Origin: a virus
DNA length: 64,000 nt
Virus record (IMG/VR): IMGVR_UViG_3300027896_000011
Span: 32,001-96,000 of that record
Direction: 5' to 3' (one strand)
Part shown: piece after piece, positions 18,807 through 28,025 of the stretch
Layout of the letters: every line of letters starts with the position of its first letter
Position numbering within the stretch: position 1 is the stretch's first letter
Made by a program: the position numbers and the translations under genes
The notes under the pieces: model-generated
What the model was told of the DNA's origin: nothing
Seen by the model: the letters and a program-made list of their open reading frames with translations, nothing else
Databases searched by the model: none

Positions 18807-18845
18807 AATCCCCTCCCCTTATTTAGGGGGTTACATCCCATTTAG

Positions 18846-19400
18846 TTAGTTTTCAGTTGTTCTTTCATACAATATGACATCTCCTTCTGCTTCATCACCC
18901 TCTCCCAATATCTTTCTGATACAACTTGGGCAAAGGATCAGTTTTTCACAAGTAGCATCCAGAGTGTATTCTGGATTGCCGTTTTCTACTTCTGCTGCTT
19001 TCTCAGGGCACCATACGGTGACCTGGTATACTCTATGTCCCAGATCTAGACACCTACGACAAGCATCACAATGTCTAGAATCTCTATCATCTGGTGCTAC
19101 AATCTCGTCATCTAACGTTCCACAGTTACTTATGAAACAATCATAATGAGCAAAGATGGTAGTTACACACGCATCTTCTGGCAATGCATTGGTAGGCAAA
19201 TCTGCCCATGATTGGAACCGTAAGAATCGCGGGTCCTTTCTCATAGACAGCATTTGCCCACCTTCTATGACTACCATTTGATGCCCAGCAATCTGGGTAT
19301 CACACTCACAACTTAGGCAATCTGGAGCATCCGGACAGTCCGGACAATGTTCCCTTGGACAAATCGGACAATAATTAGTTATACGAACTACAGGGACCAT
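18846..19400 (-). CDS. Cys-rich putative metal-binding protein
   Basis: Several CxxC pairs plus HYDC. Confidence 0.6.
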   Translation of the reverse strand: MVPVVRITNYCPICPREHCPDCPDAPDCLSCECDTQIAGHQMVVIEGGQMLSMRKDPRFLRFQSWADLPTNALPEDACVTTIFAHYDCFISNCGTLDDEIVAPDDRDSRHCDACRRCLDLGHRVYQVTVWCPEKAAEVENGNPEYTLDATCEKLILCPSCIRKILGEGDEAEGDVILYERTTEN

Positions 19401-19448
19401 GGCTTATTAATGAGGCAAATAAGGCCGATAAGAACGCAAAAATAAATA

Positions 19449-19583
19449 TCAATTTTCTTCGTTTCCTTCCTCTTTTTCTTCTTCTTCTTCTTCTTTGTTT
19501 TCGCCTCCAATTTCGTCTTCGAAACGATCTGACAGATCGCTCAAAGAATTCTCACTCTTCTCTTCTTCTTCTTCTGGTCGCAT
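19449..19583 (-). CDS. 44-aa hyper-acidic peptide
   Basis: Translated by hand: MRPEEEEEKSENSLSDLSDRFEDEIGGENKEEEEEEKEEGNEEN; RBS AAGGAGG; first ORF after promoter P2. Confidence 0.7.
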   Translation of the reverse strand: MRPEEEEEKSENSLSDLSDRFEDEIGGENKEEEEEEKEEGNEEN

Positions 19584-19628
19584 AAGTCCTCCTTTTTGTA
19601 GAAGCGAAATACGTTCTTCTACACAATA

Positions 19629-19658
19629 CTTATACCCTTAAGCGTCGTATAATTTCAT
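19629..19658 (-). promoter_or_regulatory. Phage-specific promoter P2
   Basis: ATGAAA-N18-TATAAG(TAT). Confidence 0.7.
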
Positions 19659-19718
19659 GCCCATATTCCTGTAATTCTGATACCTTAAGGACAACACACA
19701 TAAACAAGCGAGGAATTC

Positions 19719-22700
19719 TTGGCACGCATTGCACCGGAAGAGGGGTTTGAACTCCTCAAAGACCGAGTACAAAAAGCAGTCAGTGGATTCTTCCCCATAA
19801 TCGGGCGGAAGAATACGCTAGAGCTCCATGATATATCGGTTAAAGATAACCTGAATATCGATGATATTAGGTCCCAGAAACACGCTAAGTTGAGTGGTCG
19901 TTCCTGGACTGTACCAGTAGAGGCAACTATTGCCCTAAAGGACAATACTACTGGGTCGATAATCGATAAACAGAAGATGAACTTGCTTAACCTGCCTAAG
20001 GTTACAAGACGCTATGGCCATATCGTAGATGGCCAGGAGTATCAGATAGATAACCAGTGGCGCTTAAAGCCCGGTATCTATAACATGGTTAAACAAGACG
20101 GAGCTATTGAGTCTCACTTTAATGCGGCAGGAGGCTTTAAGATACATTTTGATCCAAAGTCTCGTCAATTTACATTGAACTATGGTAATTCTAATATGCC
20201 TCTTAGACCCTTCTTACACGCCATGGGGGTGTCTGAAGAGGAAGTAGAAAATCGTTGGGGTAAAGATATCGCTACGGTTAATCATGCTGATAGTTCTAAA
20301 GAACTTATTAAGTTTTATAGAGCATCCACTGGGGATAAGACCGTTAAGCCCACTATAGATGAGGCAAAGTCTCATTTGTGGGATGTAATGCAAAAGACGG
20401 TACTACGTCCGGAAGTAACTAAATTTACTCTAGGTAAAGAATATACAAACGTTACTGGGCATACGCTTTTAGATGCGTCAGATAAATTATTGAAGATATC
20501 TAGAGGCGAAGCGCAGCCAGACCCTAGAGACGCTTTGATGTTTAAAGATCTCCATTCAATTGAAGATTTTGCAGCAGAACGTCTTATTAAAGGTTCTAGA
20601 GAAATTCTTCGTAAAGTAAATAATAATATTGATCGTAAAGATAAAGTACGAGACATCATAGCTCCAGAAATATTTAATCGTCCGATCAAACAGATGTTTG
20701 GAAAGAATTCCTTAGCAATTGTTACTGATCAGACTAACCCGTTAGAGATGTTCTCCGCTAATATGAAGACCACCATTATGGGAGATGGTGGTATTAAATC
20801 AGAGCATACTGTTTCAGATGAGGCGAAACTTATAGATCCGTCTCATTTAGGATTTCTTGATCCAATACACACTCCCGAAGGATGTTACGATTCTGAGACA
20901 GAGGTCTACACAAAGACTGGCTGGAAGAAGTGGATAACCGTAACAGAGCAAGATCAATTAGCTTGTCGAGTAGACGGTAGATTAGAGTTTCACCTCCCTA
21001 CAAATCTGATCAATGCCCCATATAAGGGGAAAATGTATGGGGTAAATACCGCACGAAACAAGCAGCGTAGAAAGAGAGAAATTGATTATTTAGTAACGCC
21101 CAATCATAGAATCTACTGTCGTACTAGAGACCTCAGGGGAAAGGCCCTATTTCGTATAGAGACCGCAGACGTGGTGCACGGTAAAGCTAGAGACTTAGAA
21201 CTTGGGCATGACCCGTATCTAGGTTCCAAAGAAACGGGCGTATTTCATTTGCCTTACGTAAAGGGAAACAACTCTTCAAAGAACGTAGACGAGATCAACA
21301 TAGGTGACTGGGCTCAATTTATAGGGTGGTTCCTGTCTGAGGGGAATTGCACGTATGATGATGTAGGTTCCCACTATAGTGTCTGTATTTCACAGAGTAT
21401 AGTTACGTCTAGAACTAACTGCGAAATTATTGAGGCGCTGCTCGATAGGTTACCCTTTGCTTGGAGTTTTTCTGAAAGAGAAGATGGTAAACGCACCTAT
21501 CGGGTAAGTACAAAGCAGCTAGCGCATTATGTCTCTCAGTTTGGACTTAGTTACAATAAGTCCATACCAGAGTACTTTTTCGAATGTTCTGTGGAAACAC
21601 GAGAATATTTATTAGAAGCACTGCTGTTGGGGGATGGCAGGAAAAACTCACATAGGGCTACTGGCGCATCTTATAAACAGCTAGTATACTGCACAGTTAG
21701 TCCACAACTCGCTCTAGATGTGGAGCGCTTAGCAATAAGCTTGGGGCGTCCCGTATCTATGTGCCGGTATGCAGATGACCGAGAAGAGCGATATAGAGAC
21801 GTTTATGAGGTACGTTTACTGTGTCAAACAAAACGAGAAATTCAAGGCGCTAAAGGACACTTTTATACCTCTGAGTACGACGGCACTATTCACTGTGCAA
21901 CTGTTCCAGGAGGGCTACTGTACGTACGCAGGGGAACGGGGTTAGCACACTGGAGCGGTAATAGCGCCACAGGTATCACACTGCGTTTACCTTTAGGTGT
22001 ACATAAAATAGGGCATGATGTTGCTATTAAAATGTACAATACAAAAACTGGAAAAGTTGAAAACGTCAATCCTACTGTCGCTTATAAATCTCATATAGCT
22101 CTGCCAGATCAAATTACTTGGGAGGGCAATAAACCTAAAGCTGCTGGTAAAGTTGTAAAAATTAGTGGGCCGGGTAATGAAATATATGATGGTACGTTAA
22201 AAGATGCTGATTATGTAATGAAGAGTCCGATGCAGATGTTTTCCATCTCATCTAACATGATTCCTTTCATGCCGTCAGATCACCCTAATCGTAGTACCAT
22301 GGCCGGAAGACAGATGGAACAGGCTATCTCTCTAAAACATAGAGAAATCCCCTTAGTACAAAGCTTGGCCGGTAAAGAAAGTTTTGATCGTATACTTGGA
22401 AGCTTTGCCAGTCATAGCGCAACTGTTAGTGGTACAGTATCAAAGATAAAACCAGACGCTATAGTAATTAAGAGACCTAACGGTACTAAGGAAGAAGTGT
22501 TCATTTATGATCACTTTCCACTTAATGAAAATAAAGCGTTTATGCATGCAGAGCCTTTAGTAAAGGTCGGAGATAAAGTAACTAAAGGGCAAGTTATAGC
22601 TGATACAAATTACACTAAAGATGGCGTATTAGCTATAGGTACTAATTTACGTACAGGGTTTATGCCTTATAAAGGATATAACTTTGACGATGGTATTGTA

Positions 22701-25700
22701 GTCAGTGAGAGTGCAGCTCAAAAATTAACCAGTGAACATCTTCATAGACATTCATTAGAACGAGATGTATCTCACATTTTGGATAAGAAGAAATTTACGG
22801 CTTATATGCCTACTGTACTGAATAAAACTCAGTACGATAAATTAGATGAAGAAGGCGTAATCAAACCAGGCACTGTCGTAATGCCGGGAGATACTCTAAT
22901 AGCAGCATTACGTGCTTCAAATAATCCGGAACGTAAAGAAGATTTAGAACTTTCAAAGTTACATAAGTCTATTGTTAAACCATATAAAGACTCGAGTATT
23001 AAGTGGGAAAGCGATTACCCAGGAGTAGTTAAAGAAGTAGTTAAGATTGGTAAGAATGTTTCTGTACACGTAAAAACTGAAGAAGCCTTAGACATCGGAG
23101 ATAAGCTCTGTTACGACGAAAAGCACGAACTATTGACTACTCGTGGATGGGTTCCGGTAAAGGACGTAAAGGTATCTGATGAGGTGTGTTCACTCAACCC
23201 GGAGACTGACGCGATAGAGTACCTGTGCCCGGAGAAGACAGTCAGCTATGATTGTGTAGAGGATGATCTGTACGTCTTGGAGACTACACAAGTGTCTATG
23301 GCTGTCACCATGGAGCACAAAACATATGCAAAGCCTAGGGGAGCGGATAGGCACAGCCTAATTCCAGTCTCTCAGTTAGTAGGTAAGCGTTATCATTTAA
23401 AGCAGCACGGTAAATGGGTGGGGGAAGACAGAGAGACATTTGAGTTCCCCTCTATGGTAGTCAAGGCTGGGCAGAGTGGTAATGGTACCAGAGTGCTGCC
23501 ATCAATACAGATGCCGATGGACACATTCTTAATGCTTCTAGGAATGTACTTGTCGGAGGGCAACAATTATGGTGGTAACGGCGACTACTACATAGAAATC
23601 ACTCAAATAAAGCAACCAGGAAGAGCTCAGACAGAGGAGGCTCTGGCATTAGCAGGAATACGTTTTACGCGTACTCCTGAAAAGATACGCATACACGGTA
23701 AGCAGCTGTATGAGTATTTCGTGCAGTTTGGGCATGCGGTAAATAAATTTATTCCTGATTGGATTTTTCAGCTTCCGAAAAAACGGTTACAGGTTCTGTA
23801 TAAATGGTTAATGTGGGGGGATGGCTGTGAAAAAGGAACCACACACGTATACACCACTATATCCCCTCAGCTAGCCGATGATGTACAGCGTTTAGTTTTC
23901 CATCTTGGTAAGGCAGGCAGAGTGGTGTGGGAGCCTGGTTATCGTGGCCAGATAGAGGGCAGGTATTACGATTTTAAGCCTAGATATAGAGTTAGGGTAA
24001 TACGCACTAAATTAGAGCCCACAATAAATCACGGGCACTCTAATTCACAAGGCGGACAAAAAGAAACTATAGAGAAGTACACCGGTAAGGTGTACTGCGT
24101 GGCTCTTCCACGTAATCACGTACTCTACACACGTCGAAATGGTAAATGCCACTGGTCTGGTAATACGGCGCGCCACGGCAATAAAGGCATAGTGACACGG
24201 ATCATACCTGATCATGACATGCCCCATACTAAAGATGGTAAGCATTTAGAGGTGTTGTTAAACCCGTTAAGTGTTATGGGTAGAACTAACTTAGGTCAAG
24301 TATTAGAGGTTGCTGCAGCCAAAGTGGCGGAGAAGACTGGTAAACCTTATATGGTTAAGAACTTTTCTCCGAATACAGATTTACATGCCCAAGTCACTGC
24401 TGACTTAGCCAAGCACGGTTTGACGGATAAAGAAGAAGTTATAGACCCCGTTACAAATAGAGTAATGGGTAATGTGCTTGTAGGACCTATGCACATTTTT
24501 AAGCTCCACCATCAGGTGGAAAAGAAGCTTAGTGCTCGAGCAGGTGGTTATGGGTATGACTACGATAAAGATATGATTCCTAAAGGTGGTGGCCCACGAG
24601 GAGCCAAGTCTCTCGGAACACTAGGCCTTTATTCTATGCTGGCGCATGGAGCGACATCTAATCTGCGGGAAATGCAGACTTATAAAAGCGATGCGTCACA
24701 AGGTGATCAATTCTGGTCTGCTCTCCAAGCTGGAGAGATGCTTCCTACTCCTAAGCCGACCTTTGCTTACAATAAATTTCTTGGGTACATCAGAGGACTT
24801 GGTGTAAATGTTCAGAAAACAGGTAATAACCTTACGCTTATGCCTATGACTGACAAGCAGATCATAGAACAAAGCAATGGTGAGATTACCGACCCCGCTA
24901 AGTCAGTCACAGCTAAAAATATGAAGCCTGAAATAGGGGGATTATTTGATCCTAAAGTTACAGGTGGTATTGATGGTACAAAATGGGGCTTTTACACACT
25001 CCCAGAATCTATGCCTAACCCCGTATTCGAAAGTGCTATTACTCGTTTGTTGGGAATGAAGCAAAAAGAGTTTGCAGGCTTAATTGGTGGTACGTTAGCA
25101 GTAGACCCAAAAACCGGAAAGATAGGAGATTCTCAAAAAATTGAGGGAGGGCTGGTTGGTGGTAAAGCCTTTGCTCATATGCTTAGTAAAATAGATGTGA
25201 AAAAGGATTTAGCTGCTGCCAAAGTAGCGCTAGATAAACCGACATTAAGAGGGACGTATCTTGATCATGCTAATAGTAAAGTAAAACTACTAGAGGCTTT
25301 AAACAAGGTTGGTATGACGCCAGTAGAAGCGTACATGTCTAAAGTCATTCCTATATTACCGCCATCTATGCGACCTGTTCCAGTGTTGCCTAATGGTACT
25401 ATTAGTGAAGAAGATTTGAACGGTCTTTATAAGAATCTTCATTTGTCTGCGTCTAGATACGCGAAGATGTCTCCATTGATTCCAGAAGATGATCAATCTA
25501 AAGTAGAGATTCGACAAGAAGTCTATGATGGTTTACGAGCAATAGCTGGACTTGGTGGTTACCCACATCAAATTCGTAGAGGAATCTTAGACTACATACA
25601 TGGTAAGAAGATGGACACTCGTACGGATGCTAAGATAGGTTCTCCTAAAGAAGGATTCTTTCAAGATAAATTGGTTGAACGTAAGCAAGATATGTCTATG

Positions 25701-28025
25701 CGTGGAACTATTATCCCTGAACCATCTTTAGGTCTGGATGAAGTAGGTCTCCCAAGAGAAGCAGCGATTGAAGTATATAAGCCATTTGTAATTCGTGAAT
25801 TACGAAATCTATTGGGAATACCGCCTTTACAGGCGCAAAAAAAATTGGCGGAAGGTGGGGAGATAGTAGACCGTGCTTTACAAAAAGTTATATCTACTAG
25901 GCCTATTTTGCTTAAACGTGATCCGGTACTACATAAGTACGGGGTACAAGCGTTTAAGCCACGTATAGTTGGTGGTAAAGCTGTACAGGTTCACCCTCTA
26001 GTTACCAGTGGTTTTAACGCAGACTTTGATGGCGATGCAATGGGTGCTTTCGTACCTGTAAGTATGGATGCTGTAGCAGAAGCATATAAAATGCTTCCAT
26101 CTAGGAACCTATTCAGTCCGTCTAGCGGGGAGATCATGTATGCTCCCACTAACGAGAGCAGATTAGGTCTATATGGTATTACTCAGACTGGTAAAGATAC
26201 TAATCATAAGTTCACTAATATGCAGGACTTAGAGACTGCTATTAGAACAGGCGCAGTAACCTTTACAGATCAAGTAACCGTTGGCGGTATTAAATCAAGC
26301 GCTGGTAAGTTTATGGTTGCTGGAGCCCTTCCAGAAACTATGCGTAGAGAAATATTAGAACGAAAAACACCTCTAGATAAAAAAGCACAAGAAGAACTCT
26401 TTACTCAAGTAGCTAGAGAACACAAGAATGATTATGGTGAAGTAGCTAATAAGCTAAAAGATCTGGGCAATAAGTGGGCTACAGACACTGCCTTCTCTTT
26501 CGGTATGACAGATATTGCGCCGGAACGACAAGTAAGAGATAGGATTCTTGCTGCTGCAGATGCTCAAGTTCATAAACTCACTGGGGCAAATAAAGATAGT
26601 AAAAAGATAGACATATACTCCAAGGCAACGGAGGAAATGAATAAGCATTTGAAGGCAACTCCTGAAAGCCAAAACAACATTATGATTCTACATAATGTGG
26701 GCATGAAAGGAGGCACGGATACTTTGAGACAAATACGTGCTACTCCTATGCTTATGAGTAATCATAAAGGAGAAATCCTCCCTAATCCTATCCGCAAATC
26801 TTATGCCGAAGGATTGGATGTTGCAGACTACTGGACGGCTATTAGTGGTGGTCGTAAAGGTATTATTCAGAAAGTTCAATCTGTTGCCGAACCTGGTTAT
26901 ATCAGCAAACAGGTAATGAACTCTGTTATGAATAACCTTATCTTAGATCATGATTGTGGTACTGATAAAGGCATCTCTTTGCCGGTAGATGAAAAAGATA
27001 TTTTAGGTAGATTTACTGCTGCGGATATTAATGTAGGCGGACATGTAATAAAATCTGGTGCATTAATTACCCCAGAAATGCGTAGTACGCTACGTAATAA
27101 TAATATTGGTAAAGTAGTAGTCAGGTCTCCTTTGCGTTGTTTACATGGTCCTGGTCTTTGCCAGAAATGCAACGGATTAACGGAGAATGGAGAATTACCA
27201 GCAAAAGGTTTGAACGTAGGTGTATTAGCTGGTCAAGCATTAGGAGAACGTAGCGTACAGTTGGCTATGAAGGCTTTCCATAGTGGAGGTAGCGCTGCTT
27301 CAAGGAGTGGTTTAGTTGATGATTTTGAACGTGTAAAAAATCTACTATCATTCCCGAAAATACTTCCTGGTTCTGCTACGCTTAGTGAGTTGAATGGTAA
27401 GGTAACAAAAATAGCTCCCTCACCTGCTGGTGGTCATGAAGTAAGCATAGAAGACAAAGTACACTATATTCCTCACGCGTTAGGGGCTCCTGTATACAAT
27501 GGACAACCTTTAAAAGTTGGTACGGAAGTAAAAAAGGGGAGTCCTATCTCTAACGGATTGATAAACCCTCATGAGATGTTAACGCTTACAGGAGTAGAGC
27601 CAGTACAACTTCATCTCGCTAGTGAGCTAAGTAATGCTTATGCAGATTCCGGAATCCGTAGAAGAAATCATGAAATTGTAGTTAAAGCACTAACTAATCT
27701 CACTAAGGTCAAAGACCCTGGCTCTTCATCCGGACTTATCCGTGGTGATTTTGCTTCTACAACATATGTATCTAACATTAATAGAAACATGCCAAAAGGC
27801 TCTAGACCTATAGTACATGAGCCCATACTTAAAGGCGTTAATGTGCTACCTTTGGAAATGCAAGAAGACTGGATTGCAAAACTTAATCATGAGAATCTAT
27901 CGGAAACCATTATAGATGCAGCTCAAAGAGGATGGACTAGTAGCTTACATGGACTACATCCTATTCCAGCTGTAATTTATGGAGCTGAGATTGGATTACC
28001 CGGTAAAGGAAAGGTCGGATATTAA
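19719..28025 (+). CDS. rpoBC: DNA-directed RNA polymerase, beta and beta' fused in one polypeptide, two inteins (about 2056 aa spliced)
   Basis: Beta motifs DQTNPL, HTPEG, GYNFDDGI, GDKL/TARHGNKG, LNPLSV. Beta' motifs GGLFD, PILPPSMRP, KRDPVLH, catalytic NADFDGD (26016-26036), DCGT, RSPLRC..CQKC, QLAMKAFHSGG. No stop between the halves. Confidence 0.95.
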   Translation: MARIAPEEGFELLKDRVQKAVSGFFPIIGRKNTLELHDISVKDNLNIDDIRSQKHAKLSGRSWTVPVEATIALKDNTTGSIIDKQKMNLLNLPKVTRRYGHIVDGQEYQIDNQWRLKPGIYNMVKQDGAIESHFNAAGGFKIHFDPKSRQFTLNYGNSNMPLRPFLHAMGVSEEEVENRWGKDIATVNHADSSKELIKFYRASTGDKTVKPTIDEAKSHLWDVMQKTVLRPEVTKFTLGKEYTNVTGHTLLDASDKLLKISRGEAQPDPRDALMFKDLHSIEDFAAERLIKGSREILRKVNNNIDRKDKVRDIIAPEIFNRPIKQMFGKNSLAIVTDQTNPLEMFSANMKTTIMGDGGIKSEHTVSDEAKLIDPSHLGFLDPIHTPEGCYDSETEVYTKTGWKKWITVTEQDQLACRVDGRLEFHLPTNLINAPYKGKMYGVNTARNKQRRKREIDYLVTPNHRIYCRTRDLRGKALFRIETADVVHGKARDLELGHDPYLGSKETGVFHLPYVKGNNSSKNVDEINIGDWAQFIGWFLSEGNCTYDDVGSHYSVCISQSIVTSRTNCEIIEALLDRLPFAWSFSEREDGKRTYRVSTKQLAHYVSQFGLSYNKSIPEYFFECSVETREYLLEALLLGDGRKNSHRATGASYKQLVYCTVSPQLALDVERLAISLGRPVSMCRYADDREERYRDVYEVRLLCQTKREIQGAKGHFYTSEYDGTIHCATVPGGLLYVRRGTGLAHWSGNSATGITLRLPLGVHKIGHDVAIKMYNTKTGKVENVNPTVAYKSHIALPDQITWEGNKPKAAGKVVKISGPGNEIYDGTLKDADYVMKSPMQMFSISSNMIPFMPSDHPNRSTMAGRQMEQAISLKHREIPLVQSLAGKESFDRILGSFASHSATVSGTVSKIKPDAIVIKRPNGTKEEVFIYDHFPLNENKAFMHAEPLVKVGDKVTKGQVIADTNYTKDGVLAIGTNLRTGFMPYKGYNFDDGIVVSESAAQKLTSEHLHRHSLERDVSHILDKKKFTAYMPTVLNKTQYDKLDEEGVIKPGTVVMPGDTLIAALRASNNPERKEDLELSKLHKSIVKPYKDSSIKWESDYPGVVKEVVKIGKNVSVHVKTEEALDIGDKLCYDEKHELLTTRGWVPVKDVKVSDEVCSLNPETDAIEYLCPEKTVSYDCVEDDLYVLETTQVSMAVTMEHKTYAKPRGADRHSLIPVSQLVGKRYHLKQHGKWVGEDRETFEFPSMVVKAGQSGNGTRVLPSIQMPMDTFLMLLGMYLSEGNNYGGNGDYYIEITQIKQPGRAQTEEALALAGIRFTRTPEKIRIHGKQLYEYFVQFGHAVNKFIPDWIFQLPKKRLQVLYKWLMWGDGCEKGTTHVYTTISPQLADDVQRLVFHLGKAGRVVWEPGYRGQIEGRYYDFKPRYRVRVIRTKLEPTINHGHSNSQGGQKETIEKYTGKVYCVALPRNHVLYTRRNGKCHWSGNTARHGNKGIVTRIIPDHDMPHTKDGKHLEVLLNPLSVMGRTNLGQVLEVAAAKVAEKTGKPYMVKNFSPNTDLHAQVTADLAKHGLTDKEEVIDPVTNRVMGNVLVGPMHIFKLHHQVEKKLSARAGGYGYDYDKDMIPKGGGPRGAKSLGTLGLYSMLAHGATSNLREMQTYKSDASQGDQFWSALQAGEMLPTPKPTFAYNKFLGYIRGLGVNVQKTGNNLTLMPMTDKQIIEQSNGEITDPAKSVTAKNMKPEIGGLFDPKVTGGIDGTKWGFYTLPESMPNPVFESAITRLLGMKQKEFAGLIGGTLAVDPKTGKIGDSQKIEGGLVGGKAFAHMLSKIDVKKDLAAAKVALDKPTLRGTYLDHANSKVKLLEALNKVGMTPVEAYMSKVIPILPPSMRPVPVLPNGTISEEDLNGLYKNLHLSASRYAKMSPLIPEDDQSKVEIRQEVYDGLRAIAGLGGYPHQIRRGILDYIHGKKMDTRTDAKIGSPKEGFFQDKLVERKQDMSMRGTIIPEPSLGLDEVGLPREAAIEVYKPFVIRELRNLLGIPPLQAQKKLAEGGEIVDRALQKVISTRPILLKRDPVLHKYGVQAFKPRIVGGKAVQVHPLVTSGFNADFDGDAMGAFVPVSMDAVAEAYKMLPSRNLFSPSSGEIMYAPTNESRLGLYGITQTGKDTNHKFTNMQDLETAIRTGAVTFTDQVTVGGIKSSAGKFMVAGALPETMRREILERKTPLDKKAQEELFTQVAREHKNDYGEVANKLKDLGNKWATDTAFSFGMTDIAPERQVRDRILAAADAQVHKLTGANKDSKKIDIYSKATEEMNKHLKATPESQNNIMILHNVGMKGGTDTLRQIRATPMLMSNHKGEILPNPIRKSYAEGLDVADYWTAISGGRKGIIQKVQSVAEPGYISKQVMNSVMNNLILDHDCGTDKGISLPVDEKDILGRFTAADINVGGHVIKSGALITPEMRSTLRNNNIGKVVVRSPLRCLHGPGLCQKCNGLTENGELPAKGLNVGVLAGQALGERSVQLAMKAFHSGGSAASRSGLVDDFERVKNLLSFPKILPGSATLSELNGKVTKIAPSPAGGHEVSIEDKVHYIPHALGAPVYNGQPLKVGTEVKKGSPISNGLINPHEMLTLTGVEPVQLHLASELSNAYADSGIRRRNHEIVVKALTNLTKVKDPGSSSGLIRGDFASTTYVSNINRNMPKGSRPIVHEPILKGVNVLPLEMQEDWIAKLNHENLSETIIDAAQRGWTSSLHGLHPIPAVIYGAEIGLPGKGKVGY
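20883..21962 (+). mobile_element. RNAP intein A (360 aa, LAGLIDADG)
   Basis: TPEG|CYDSET...VTPNH...IGWFLSEG...LLLGDG...HWSGN|SAT. Confidence 0.9.
23109..24164 (+). mobile_element. RNAP intein B (352 aa, LAGLIDADG)
   Basis: GDKL|CYDEKH...VTMEH...LGMYLSEG...LMWGDG...HWSGN|TARHGNKG. Confidence 0.9.

Noticed and set aside
19719-28025. Cellular rpoBC locus (bacterial chromosome)
   Set aside because: Flanked by portal, spike, terminase and capsid genes; no ribosomal protein genes; the protein is reduced and divergent.
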